Positions 1 to 9,218 are shown, counted from the first letter of the stretch. The stretch is DNA of 18,596 bases from Chthonomonadales bacterium (GCA_038217285.1 JBBQPO010000107.1:1-18596), one strand, 5' to 3'. Program-made: numbers and translations. Notes: generated from the letters alone by a model not told the origin.

Positions 1-138
1 GGAGGGGGCGAAGGACTTCAATCGCGTTCGCGGCTACATCTCGACGTTGCGCAAGCAAGGTCAGAAGGTGTTGTCCGCCCTCCATGACGTCTTCTCAGGA
101 CGCCCTCTCATGCCCGATCTTACCCCCTAAGCAGTTAC
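1..138 (+). mobile_element. Right end of an IS66-family insertion sequence (ISBst12-like), truncated by the window start
   Basis: The transposase C-terminus is followed immediately by ...CCCCTAAGCAGTTAC (ends at 138). Its reverse complement GTAACTGCTTAGGGG matches the GTAA-type IS66 terminal IR. The predicted 8-bp target duplication would be CAGGAGGA (139-146). Confidence 0.85.
2..130 (+). CDS. IS66-family transposase, C-terminal fragment (5' partial)
   Basis: Manual frame-2 translation EGAKDFNRVRGYISTLRKQGQKVLSALHDVFSGRPLMPDLTP* matches the typical IS66 TnpC C-terminus (GA..F..IRSYISTLRKQG..VL.AL). Confidence 0.88.
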   Translation, partial: EGAKDFNRVRGYISTLRKQGQKVLSALHDVFSGRPLMPDLTP

Positions 139-230
139 CAGGAGGACATCTTTTCCGGAATAGCGAACAGACCAGTAGTAATCGATTGAGGCAGTTCATT
201 CCTTCCAGTCTAACAGATTAGCCATGATGG

Positions 231-1793
231 TTGGTGTCGTTAGGCAGAATTGAAAATCAGTTGAATTATAGAGCAACAAAGACGCAGGAAGCTATCCTTG
301 TTCAAGATGATCGGGCAGACTACGACATCGCGCAACCGCACGCTGCGGCGATGATACACTCCCTCCGCGCATTTGGGTACGATCTGGCGACGGCGCTTGC
401 CGACTTGATAGACAACAGCATCTCGGCGAACGCAAAGAATGTCCGGCTGGAATTTCACTGGGATGGAGATCAATCTACCATTTCCGTAGTGGACGACGGT
501 AAGGGCATGTCGGAGAAGGATTTGCTGGCGGCGATGCGGCCGGGCAGTATTAGTCCGCTTCAAGCGCGGGATCCGCAGGATTTGGGAAGGTATGGCCTGG
601 GTCTTAAAACGGCATCGTTTTCGCAAGCCAAGCGCCTTACGGTTGGAACGAAACAAGGTGGCGCAATCTCTGTACGCTGCTGGGATCTAGACTATGTCAC
701 CGAGTGCAGTGACTGGCGTCTGCTGAGGAAGGGTACGCCTGCCTTCACCCAGGATGCTCTCCCCCGTCTTGAAGCTATGACTTCCGGCACCGTCGTTTTC
801 TGGGAAGCGATGGATCGCATCACACCGCTCGGCACCGAGACAAACAGCGACCGGGCGCACCAGCAGTTTCTCCAGCGCGCCGATCAGGTCAAAGCGCATC
901 TGGCAATGGTCTTTCATCGCTTCCTCGACCCTCGCGAAAACGTCGGCAAAACGCCCCTTAAGATCTGGCTGAACGGCAACCCCATCGAAGCCTGGGATCC
1001 GTTCCTGAGTGGCGAGAAGGCAACCCAGCTTCTGACGGAAGAGGCGGTGCCTTTACTGGGAAGTCGCCTGACCGTTAAACCCTACGTTCTGCCCCACCAC
1101 ACCAAGATTTCCGCTGAAAAGCATAAGCTAGCCTCCGGAGTAAAGGGATGGACCGCGCAACAAGGTTTCTATGTCTATCGCAACCGACGTCTGTTAGCGG
1201 CGGGAACCTGGCTCGGCCTCGGCTTCCAACAGGAAGAGCACTATAAGCTGGCGCGCATCCAGCTCGACATTCCGAATCACATGGATGCCGAGTGGGAAAT
1301 AGACGTAAAGAAATCCCGCGCTACCCCACCGCCCGCGATACGTGAACAGTTGAAGACGCTGGCCACGGCTGCACGAAGTAAGGCTTCCGCCGTCTACCGC
1401 CATCGAGGGGCGCGTATTCAAAAGGGCACCCAGGAGATGGTCTACCTCTGGGAGCAGAAGGTGCGCCGGGGCAAAGTGTTTTATCGGGTCAACCGTGAGC
1501 ATCCTGTTGTGGCGGCGATGATGCAGTCTTGCGGAGAAAAGACCCGTGCTTTGCTGCACCTGCTCGAAGAGACAATCCCGATTGCTATCATCACAAAAGA
1601 CTGGATGGAAGACCCGACAAAGCAATCGGCTCCCTTCGATGACAAAACGAGTCCTGAAATGCTTCTGGTTTTGAAGCAGGTCTATTTCGGTCTGACAGCA
1701 TCCGGGAGCACACCCCAACAGGCCAAAATTGCCCTGCTCAGTATGGAGCCATTTCATCAATTTCCCGATATTATTGCCTCCATTGGCGAATAG
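231..1793 (+). CDS. MORC/MutL-like GHKL ATPase (HATPase_c_3), MzaB-like; start codon uncertain (TTG231/GTG234/TTG261)
   Basis: GHKL motifs DLIDNSISA, DDGKGM, GRYGLGLKTAS and GTVV; S5-like domain with QGFYVYRNRRLL and WEIDVKKS; first gene of a Z1-DUF4420-AIPR operon. Confidence 0.92.
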   Translation: MVSLGRIENQLNYRATKTQEAILVQDDRADYDIAQPHAAAMIHSLRAFGYDLATALADLIDNSISANAKNVRLEFHWDGDQSTISVVDDGKGMSEKDLLAAMRPGSISPLQARDPQDLGRYGLGLKTASFSQAKRLTVGTKQGGAISVRCWDLDYVTECSDWRLLRKGTPAFTQDALPRLEAMTSGTVVFWEAMDRITPLGTETNSDRAHQQFLQRADQVKAHLAMVFHRFLDPRENVGKTPLKIWLNGNPIEAWDPFLSGEKATQLLTEEAVPLLGSRLTVKPYVLPHHTKISAEKHKLASGVKGWTAQQGFYVYRNRRLLAAGTWLGLGFQQEEHYKLARIQLDIPNHMDAEWEIDVKKSRATPPPAIREQLKTLATAARSKASAVYRHRGARIQKGTQEMVYLWEQKVRRGKVFYRVNREHPVVAAMMQSCGEKTRALLHLLEETIPIAIITKDWMEDPTKQSAPFDDKTSPEMLLVLKQVYFGLTASGSTPQQAKIALLSMEPFHQFPDIIASIGE

Positions 1794-1804
1794 GAGATCG
1801 ACCC

Positions 1805-4654
1805 TTGCCTGCCCATAGTAACGCCGACTTTGAAAATGGCCTGATAATCGCCCGAGTATTGTTGAGCAGATACGCGGCCCCCCAGTCGGAACAGTTCGAT
1901 GAGGCCGTTCGCATGGCATCTGCCGCCGTTCCCGGCGTCAATACCGAAGACCTCCGTAAAGAACTGGAGATTCTATACAGCGTCTTCATTCCGGAAGGTA
2001 CGATTCTGATCGACAGGACCGGACATGAAGAGTGGCTGGATGAATGGAGGGTGAAGGGGACAAAGGATTTCTGGTATCGCTACCAGAGATACTTGGAGCA
2101 GGAAAAGGGCATGCCGCCCCATTCTATCGCCCGCCTGGACAGTCTGACCAACACAACGCTTGGAATGCTGGAAAATCCCGCGCGTCTGGGAGAATGGTAT
2201 AGACGCGGCATGGTTGTAGGGCAGGTGCAGTCCGGCAAAACAGCAAACTACACAGGGCTTATCTGCAAGGCGGCAGACGCCGGATACAAACTCATTATCG
2301 TGATGGCAGGCATCCATAACAGCCTCCGCAGTCAGACGCAACTGCGCGTGGACGAAGGATTTCTTGGCCGCGACACAAAGCAGGATCGTCTGTTTCGACT
2401 GGACAGTCCCAAGATTGGAGTCGGCCGGATACAAATGCCTTCCGGCAGCAAAATCGCAGCGCATTCCCTGACTACCAGCGACGAAAAGGGCGATTTCAAA
2501 AGGGCGATGGCGCAGGGCGCCGCGACTTATATAGGTGATAATCCGGTAATACTGGTGATAAAGAAGAACGGCTCTATCCTTAAGAATCTGCTGGGGTGGA
2601 TACAGCATAATCTGGGTGAACTGCATGGAGAAACAAAAGTCGTTCCTGGGCATATTCCCCTGTTGCTTATCGATGATGAGGCAGACAACGCTTCTATCAA
2701 TACGAAGTTGCTGGAAGTGAATGCACGAGGGAAGTTCAATACAAATCAGGATGTGACCCGCATCAACGCTTTGATAAGGATGCTGCTCAAGGCGTTCACA
2801 TGCAGCGCGTATGTGGGATACACGGCAACTCCTTTCGCCAACATCTTTATCCCACATGACGTGGAGACACAGGAGGAGGGCGCGGATCTCTTCCCACGCA
2901 GCTTCATTGTCAATCTCCCTGCACCCTCCAACTATATAGGTCCTGTGCAGGTGTTCGGTATGGAGGCAAAGGACTCCGAGACAGAGGTCGGACTGCCGAT
3001 TCGCAGATATGTCCTGGATTCGGATGACCAACTGCCGGGAAGTCATAAAAAGGAGTTGACTCCCCAGTCCCTGCCCGATTCGCTGAAAGAGGCAATCCGA
3101 GCGTTCATTCTCACCTGCGCTGCACGGGCGGCACGGGGACAAGAGGATGAACACAATTCGATGCTGATCCATGTCACGCGGTTTGTGAATGTTCAGAAGA
3201 TCATCTGGGATCTGGTGAATACGGAATTATATTCTCTGTGCCTTCGCCTTGAACATGGGGATGGGGAGAGAACGCCTACACTTCGCGACGAACTGCATGC
3301 GCTATGGGAGGACGATTTTGTTCCGACCTCCGAGGCCGTCCGAATTCAGATGCCTGGTGACAGTGGTCTCGTTTCGCTAACCTGGGAAGAAGTAAATTCT
3401 CACCTGACGCAGTCCGCCCTGAAAATTATTGTGAAGCAGATCAATGGGACGGCAATGGATGTGCTGGACTACTACGACCACAAAAACGGTCACAGCGTCA
3501 TTGCTATCGGCGGCGATAAACTCTCGCGCGGACTGACGCTGGAAGGACTCTCGGTCAGTTACTATCTGAGGGCCTCCCGAATGTACGATACGCTGATGCA
3601 GATGGGACGCTGGTTCGGATACCGACCGGGATATGCCGACCTGTGCCGCCTGTACACAACCTTGGAACTGGAAGAGTGGTACAAGCACATCACTGCGGCA
3701 AGCGAAGAACTGCGGCAGGACTTTGATGTGATGGCGGCACAAGGCATGACACCAGAGCAGTACGGCCTTAAAGTGCGGACTCACCCGGGGGGGCTTACCG
3801 TCACAAGTGCAGGGAAAATTCGCTACGGAACTAAAATAAAGGTCGCGTTCTCAGGACAACTTGTTGAAACTTATCGACTGCCTAAAGCGACGACGGTCAT
3901 CGAACACAACTTTGCTGCGACAGACGAATTTATACGGCAAATCGAGCAGAATGCCAGTCGCCCCGACGAACATGAATATGTTTGGAAGAGTGTTCCTGCG
4001 CAGGCCGTGAAGGATTATCTCCATGAATTAACGGGCGACAGCGGTATGCCACCGACACCCGCATCTGATCCTGCAAAACTAGCAGAGTTCATAGAACTGA
4101 AAAACAATCGAGATGAACTCACAGAATGGACTGTCGCACTCATTAGCACCAATACAGCTACAGCCAAAACCAGGGAATATGTAGGCGGACTGGAGGCCGG
4201 TCTTCCCATCCGTACACCTGATCAAGATTCCACATCACAAACTTATATCGTTCGTAACCGGCATATCCTGACGGAGTCACACGAGTGGCTTGATTTTTCC
4301 GATGCAGAGAGAGAGGCAGCGATTAACAAACGCAATGAATGGGAAAGATCAAAAAACGGTGATAAGGCGAAAAATTACACAGAGCCAAACGGCAAGAGCG
4401 TTCGTGCCGTTCGGTCTAAGAAGTGTGGGCTCCTTCTAATCTATCCGCTTGATCCAAGAGCCGACAATTTATTCCCTGCCGGTGACGTGCGATCCAACGG
4501 CAGGCCCATCATTGGATTTGCAATCAGTTTTCCAGGCACGAATAGCCGATCTGACATGGAAGACACTGTGGAGTATATGGTGAATCGGGTATTTATACAG
4601 GAGGAACTTGAAGGATATTCGAAGGAAGAGGAGTTAAACGGTCATGCCGACTGA
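1805..4654 (+). CDS. SF2 helicase-like ATPase with Z1 domain (MzaC-like)
   Basis: Walker A GQVQSGKT, Walker B LLIDDEAD, YVGYTATPFAN, HNSMLIH, IGGDKLSRGLTLEGL, YDTLMQMGRWFGYR. TTG start preceded by a TAGGAG RBS overlapping the upstream stop. Confidence 0.93.
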   Translation: MPAHSNADFENGLIIARVLLSRYAAPQSEQFDEAVRMASAAVPGVNTEDLRKELEILYSVFIPEGTILIDRTGHEEWLDEWRVKGTKDFWYRYQRYLEQEKGMPPHSIARLDSLTNTTLGMLENPARLGEWYRRGMVVGQVQSGKTANYTGLICKAADAGYKLIIVMAGIHNSLRSQTQLRVDEGFLGRDTKQDRLFRLDSPKIGVGRIQMPSGSKIAAHSLTTSDEKGDFKRAMAQGAATYIGDNPVILVIKKNGSILKNLLGWIQHNLGELHGETKVVPGHIPLLLIDDEADNASINTKLLEVNARGKFNTNQDVTRINALIRMLLKAFTCSAYVGYTATPFANIFIPHDVETQEEGADLFPRSFIVNLPAPSNYIGPVQVFGMEAKDSETEVGLPIRRYVLDSDDQLPGSHKKELTPQSLPDSLKEAIRAFILTCAARAARGQEDEHNSMLIHVTRFVNVQKIIWDLVNTELYSLCLRLEHGDGERTPTLRDELHALWEDDFVPTSEAVRIQMPGDSGLVSLTWEEVNSHLTQSALKIIVKQINGTAMDVLDYYDHKNGHSVIAIGGDKLSRGLTLEGLSVSYYLRASRMYDTLMQMGRWFGYRPGYADLCRLYTTLELEEWYKHITAASEELRQDFDVMAAQGMTPEQYGLKVRTHPGGLTVTSAGKIRYGTKIKVAFSGQLVETYRLPKATTVIEHNFAATDEFIRQIEQNASRPDEHEYVWKSVPAQAVKDYLHELTGDSGMPPTPASDPAKLAEFIELKNNRDELTEWTVALISTNTATAKTREYVGGLEAGLPIRTPDQDSTSQTYIVRNRHILTESHEWLDFSDAEREAAINKRNEWERSKNGDKAKNYTEPNGKSVRAVRSKKCGLLLIYPLDPRADNLFPAGDVRSNGRPIIGFAISFPGTNSRSDMEDTVEYMVNRVFIQEELEGYSKEEELNGHAD

Positions 4655-5681
4655 TGGTACCGTGACGCCGCTTGCTGCACTCTTTGCCGAAATCGAGCAG
4701 GCGCAAATGCCTGAAGCAATCCGAACAGGCACTGTGCAACGCAGAATTCCTTCCCGCAGTAGTTGCGATCTATTTGTAGGGGTGCATAAACCCGCCAATG
4801 TCCGCTTGCTGACCGCTATTTTTGATGTACGTGCGCTGCCCGACATGTACGACCTGCCTGCCTTTAGAAGTCTGGAAATCCAAGTTCAACGAGAAAGAGA
4901 AGGTCATACAGAAAGGCTAACGGCAACCGTTCGCTCTCCGCATTCAGTATGGAACGACATCTTTACAAGTCTGGCGGAAGACATTGCCCGTACGGTTGGA
5001 AGCCAGACTGATGAAAGCGAAGCTGCGCGAATATTTCGAGGCAGGTTGCTCCAATGGCAGACACTCTTGCAGAAGACGAGCGCTACTGGGCTGACCGAAA
5101 AACAGCAGCAAGGTCTCTATGGCGAACTCTGGTGTCTGAGGGAAGTCGTGTTGCCCGCCCTGTCTGCATCCTCTGCCATTGCAGCATGGACAGGTCCTGA
5201 AGCGGCCGACCAGGACTTTCAGTTCGTCGGAGCCGCTGCACTCGAAGTTAAGACGACACGCTCTTCCGCTACGCCACTGCTATCTATTTCCAGTGAACGT
5301 CAGCTTGACGATACGGGTCTAAAATCTCTCCATTTGCTGCATCTTTCGCTGGAAAAAATGCAGGGCGCAGGAGAAACACTACCGCAGATCGTGGCGGGAT
5401 TGCGCTCCCTGCTTGAAGCCTTTCTGCCTGCTCACGCACTCTTCGAGGATAAACTCTTGAATGCCGGATATTTGGAAACGCAGTCCGCGCTGTATCAAAA
5501 TGCGGGTTATATGCTGCATGGCGTCCATCTGTACCGGGTCACCGAGGGCTTTCCACGCATCACACCGCATGAATTAATGCCAGGGGTGGAAAGAGTGCGC
5601 TACGAAGTCGGTACTGCTGCATGCCAGTCTTATGCCACCGACCTTCGTACTTTCGCAGAATATCTTGGAGCATTACTGTGA
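4644..5681 (+). CDS. PD-(D/E)XK nuclease-like protein, DUF4420 (MzaD-like)
   Basis: GLYGELWCL, WTGP...QDF...LEVKTT, ISSERQLD and EGFPRI motifs; overlaps the upstream gene by 11 nt; GAGGAG RBS. Confidence 0.9.
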   Translation: MPTDGTVTPLAALFAEIEQAQMPEAIRTGTVQRRIPSRSSCDLFVGVHKPANVRLLTAIFDVRALPDMYDLPAFRSLEIQVQREREGHTERLTATVRSPHSVWNDIFTSLAEDIARTVGSQTDESEAARIFRGRLLQWQTLLQKTSATGLTEKQQQGLYGELWCLREVVLPALSASSAIAAWTGPEAADQDFQFVGAAALEVKTTRSSATPLLSISSERQLDDTGLKSLHLLHLSLEKMQGAGETLPQIVAGLRSLLEAFLPAHALFEDKLLNAGYLETQSALYQNAGYMLHGVHLYRVTEGFPRITPHELMPGVERVRYEVGTAACQSYATDLRTFAEYLGALL

Positions 5682-7750
5682 GCGTTCAAAGTGAAACACT
5701 GGAACAGTTTGCGACTACAGTACAGCAACAGGTAATCGCCCATGTCGAGGCTGAAGCAGAAGGAGCCTTTAAGGAAGAGATGTTCGTTCATGTCATGCTG
5801 GCCTACCTTGCTGACGCTGGTGAGATAGAAGACGCTGAGGTATGTCTGCACAGGGCGAAAGGTATTCAGGTCAGCGGTTATGCCCTGAGCGAAAATGGTG
5901 AGAGCCTGGACATTATCGTCGCCATCCATACCGATATTGCCCCTCCCCAAACGGTGGGAAAAGCAGAGACAGACGCGGCAATTAAAAGAGCAGTCCAGTT
6001 TTTCAACAGTGCATCTGCCGGTTATCATCACGAAATCGAGGAAAGCGGTGCGGTCTTTGATGCGGCCCAGCAGATCTACAACGCCCGAATGTGCGATCTG
6101 ACACAGGTGCGATTCTTACTGATAACGGATGGCATCGTCAAGAACCCGCCTCCGAAAGACAAGGACTTGCCGGGTATCCGCGCCAATTTTGAAATATGGG
6201 ACATTGAGCGTCTTTATCGCTTAGTGACGTCGGGCCTGGAGCGCGAAGCAATCGAAATTGACTTTGTGGATGCGCTTGGCTCACCAATTCCTTGTCTTGT
6301 GCAGCCAGACACTACGCCGGGCTATTCGGCATATTTAGCGATATTCCCTGCGAGAGCATTAGTCGAACTCTATGGAAAATATGGGGCCCGCTTATTGGAG
6401 CGGAATGTTCGCTCCTTTCTCCAGGCACGAGGAAAGGTCAATTCCGGGATGCGAGACACTATTCGTAAAGAGCCTGGGATGTTTCTCGCCTTCAATAATG
6501 GTCTGTCGGCAACGGCGGAGGCAGTTACCATAGAGGATCTGCCAGAAGGCGGTAAGGGCCTTCGGACGATACATGACCTGCAAATCGTCAATGGCGGGCA
6601 GACAACCGCTTCTATCTTTCACGCAGTTAAACGGGATAAGGCAGACGTTTCGCAGTTGTTTGTACAGGTCAAGCTCACAGTGCTGAATGATCCTGCACAG
6701 ATGGACACTGTTGTGCCCCTGATCTCTCGCTACGCAAACACGCAAAACAAAGTGCAGGAAGCCGATCTTGCTGCCAACGACGTTTATCACCGAAAATTGG
6801 AAGAACTGTCCCGGACTGTGTGGGCTCCCGCGAAGCAAGGCACACAACGACAGACACATTGGTTCTATGAGCGCGCACGAGGCCAATATCTCAATGAGCA
6901 TCTCCACGCCGGAACGCCCGGTAAAATAAGAGATTTTGAAGCAATGTTTCCGAAGGCACAGTTGTTCGCAAAGACCGACCTGGCGAAAGTAATGGTCACA
7001 TGGCATCTCAGACCAGACATCGTGAGCAAAGGTGCACAGGCTTGTTTCTTGTGGTTTATGAGCAACTTGGAGAAGATCGAGGAAAAGGACGGTAAACTGG
7101 ACGCTCAGGGTTTCGAGCGTATCGTTGCGAAGATAATTCTCTATCGTTCTGCGGAACGCATTATCAAACATAAAGAGATGCCATTTACTGGCTATTGGGC
7201 AAATATCGTGACCTATACTGTTGCCCGACTTGTTCAGGAAACGGACAACCTTCTTGATACGGGTCGTATCTGGAAGGAGCAGAAGATCAGCGCTGTGCTG
7301 GAAACAGCAATCAACGATATTTCACGAAGTACCTGGTCGCATATCACACAGCCGTACGGCGGCTCGAATGTGACTCAGTATTGCAAGCAGTCAAAATGCT
7401 GGACAGCCTATCTGGACAGAATTGTGTGTGTGCCAGCAGGCGTAAAGGCGGAAACGCTGTCAGGAATGAACGGAACCAAACCTCGTGGCCGAGCGAATGC
7501 CGATACCATCGCTGTCCAAGAGACCATTAAACGTGTTAAGGCGATTGAATCCAGTCAATGGTTTGCGATCCATACATGGGCTAAAGACGCTGGAGTATTG
7601 AATGGGATTCAGCTTGAACAGGTAGTCACATTCGCTGAAATTGCTGGAAGCGGCGGTGCATTTACGACTCGCAAAGCCAATGAAGCGGCAAAGATATTGG
7701 ACACGGTTAGTTCCAAAGGATATGTGCTCCACCCAGGCAGCGCATCTTGA
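5678..7750 (+). CDS. AIPR family protein (abortive infection phage resistance; MzaE-like)
   Basis: LLERNVRSFLQ, FLAFNNGLS, QIVNGGQTTASI, ISRYANTQNKV and WFYERARGQY motifs. Start reassigned to GTG5678, which gives a GTGA overlap with the upstream stop and has GGAG at 5667-5670. Confidence 0.93.
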   Translation: MSVQSETLEQFATTVQQQVIAHVEAEAEGAFKEEMFVHVMLAYLADAGEIEDAEVCLHRAKGIQVSGYALSENGESLDIIVAIHTDIAPPQTVGKAETDAAIKRAVQFFNSASAGYHHEIEESGAVFDAAQQIYNARMCDLTQVRFLLITDGIVKNPPPKDKDLPGIRANFEIWDIERLYRLVTSGLEREAIEIDFVDALGSPIPCLVQPDTTPGYSAYLAIFPARALVELYGKYGARLLERNVRSFLQARGKVNSGMRDTIRKEPGMFLAFNNGLSATAEAVTIEDLPEGGKGLRTIHDLQIVNGGQTTASIFHAVKRDKADVSQLFVQVKLTVLNDPAQMDTVVPLISRYANTQNKVQEADLAANDVYHRKLEELSRTVWAPAKQGTQRQTHWFYERARGQYLNEHLHAGTPGKIRDFEAMFPKAQLFAKTDLAKVMVTWHLRPDIVSKGAQACFLWFMSNLEKIEEKDGKLDAQGFERIVAKIILYRSAERIIKHKEMPFTGYWANIVTYTVARLVQETDNLLDTGRIWKEQKISAVLETAINDISRSTWSHITQPYGGSNVTQYCKQSKCWTAYLDRIVCVPAGVKAETLSGMNGTKPRGRANADTIAVQETIKRVKAIESSQWFAIHTWAKDAGVLNGIQLEQVVTFAEIAGSGGAFTTRKANEAAKILDTVSSKGYVLHPGSAS

Positions 7751-7776
7751 AAACTGCTTGTCGGGCTGCATATACT
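7747..7776 (+). promoter_or_regulatory. Putative sigma70-type promoter for the methyltransferase-vsr unit
   Basis: TTGAAA (7747-7752)-N18-TATACT (7771-7776); an alternative -10 TACAAT lies at 7802-7807. Confidence 0.45.
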
Positions 7777-7871
7777 GCATTCCGCCATAGAAAATATGGG
7801 GTACAATAGCAGCAGAATAGCACGACTCCTGTACACTGCTTCGAATATTTCTGGGTTTAGAAGGAACGAAG

Positions 7872-9161
7872 ATGAATTTCAGACTCGGCGAGCTTTTCTG
7901 CGGAGCAGGCGGTTTAGCGTGGGGGGCGTTCCATGCTGGAAAGGAACAGCCTATCGAGCAGAACGGGGAAAGATATTCGATTTCCCATTCCTGGGCAAAT
8001 GATCTGGATAGATCTGCATGCCAGACATATGCGGCAAACCTTCTTCTGAATGGCACGGTCGAGAAAGCAGATATAGACAAGGCGATTGTAAATGTTTCGG
8101 ACTGGCGTACATTGCCCAGTTCAGTCGAACAGCCTCGGCCATCGGTCATTTGTGACCGTGTTGAAGAGTTGACGAAGTTCATTGAAGATTTGCCCGATAT
8201 TGATGGGTTTGCGTTTGGTTTTCCCTGCAATGATTTCAGTGCCGTAGGAGAGCGCAAAGGATTAGATGGTGAATTCGGCCCCCTTTACACGCATGGGATA
8301 AAGGTTCTGAACGCGAAGAGACCGCGCTGGTTCATAGCAGAAAATGTTGAGGGACTGCTGCACCGTGACGGAGGCCGCGTAGGCGAGCAGATCAAAAAAG
8401 AGTTGTCCGAAGCGGGGCCAGGTTATGTGCTCACTACGCATCTCTACCGCTTTGAACAGTACGGTGTGCCACAGTATCGCGCGCGGCTTGTTATCGTCGG
8501 TATTTCATTACCGGATGCTGCACAGGGCATAGTTTTCCGCATTCCTGAACCCACAATGAAAGAGGGGTTTCGCACTGCTCAGTGGGCAATGGAACACGAC
8601 CCCACTTTACCTAATGTGATCAAGCCCCTCACGCCTACGGTCCCTAACCACAGGTTTAAGAAGCTTTCTGAGCAGGTCCGCAAGCGCCTGGAACACACCT
8701 TGCCTGGACAGAATGCTTGGAACGCAGCTATACCGGCCGAATATGCTTTACACGTCAAAAACGCGCATCTTAGTATGATCTATAGGCGGCTTGTAGGGGA
8801 TGAGCCAGCTTACACGATCACTGGGAACGGCGGCGGCGGCACACACGGCTATCATTGGAGTGAGGCTCGCGCACTTACCAATCGTGAACGGGCTCGCCTT
8901 CAGTCCTTCCCCGATACCTATCGATTTCATGGCGGCGAGGACAGTATAAGGCGGCAGATAGGTATGGCGGTTCCACCCCTCGCTGCAAAAGTCATTTTCG
9001 AAGCCATCCTAAAAACCTATGCCCGTCAGCCCTATATTGGGGTCCCTCCTGACACTGGTGGTTCCGCGCAACGCCGACGGAAGGAATCCTCTTCAACACG
9101 CATCCCATATCCACAATCTGAGTTGCCGCTGGAAGCCGATGTACTAACCCTGACTGCATGA
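7872..9161 (+). CDS. dcm: DNA (cytosine-5)-methyltransferase, M.BbvI-like
   Basis: Motif I ELFCGAGG, IV GFPCNDFS (catalytic Cys), VI AENVEG, VIII PQYRARL, IX-X RERARLQSFPD...QIGMAVPP; TRD segment YTITGNGGGGTHGYHW. Confidence 0.96.
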   Translation: MNFRLGELFCGAGGLAWGAFHAGKEQPIEQNGERYSISHSWANDLDRSACQTYAANLLLNGTVEKADIDKAIVNVSDWRTLPSSVEQPRPSVICDRVEELTKFIEDLPDIDGFAFGFPCNDFSAVGERKGLDGEFGPLYTHGIKVLNAKRPRWFIAENVEGLLHRDGGRVGEQIKKELSEAGPGYVLTTHLYRFEQYGVPQYRARLVIVGISLPDAAQGIVFRIPEPTMKEGFRTAQWAMEHDPTLPNVIKPLTPTVPNHRFKKLSEQVRKRLEHTLPGQNAWNAAIPAEYALHVKNAHLSMIYRRLVGDEPAYTITGNGGGGTHGYHWSEARALTNRERARLQSFPDTYRFHGGEDSIRRQIGMAVPPLAAKVIFEAILKTYARQPYIGVPPDTGGSAQRRRKESSSTRIPYPQSELPLEADVLTLTA

Positions 9162-9218
9162 GGAACACCACGACCGTTCCTTGCGTCAGTAAGTTCAACA
9201 TTACATTGGGATAGGCCC

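Noticed and set aside
208-245. Imperfect hairpin upstream of the ATPase gene
   Set aside because: Relies on many G-U pairs and bulges; cannot be told apart from chance.
1973-3172. Long antisense ORFs (e.g. 1973-3172, 6392-7171, 7460-8257, 12656-13741, 15200-16072, 17405-18196)
   Set aside because: They overlap well-supported genes on the opposite strand, show no recognisable motifs, and are expected shadows in GC-rich DNA.
5621-5677. ORF-track starts for AIPR (5621), eriC (10679), phosphoesterase (14644), amidase (17444) and GH26 (18379)
   Set aside because: Better RBS or coupling supports 5678, 10715, 14611 and 17294; the GH26 frame stays open to the window edge.
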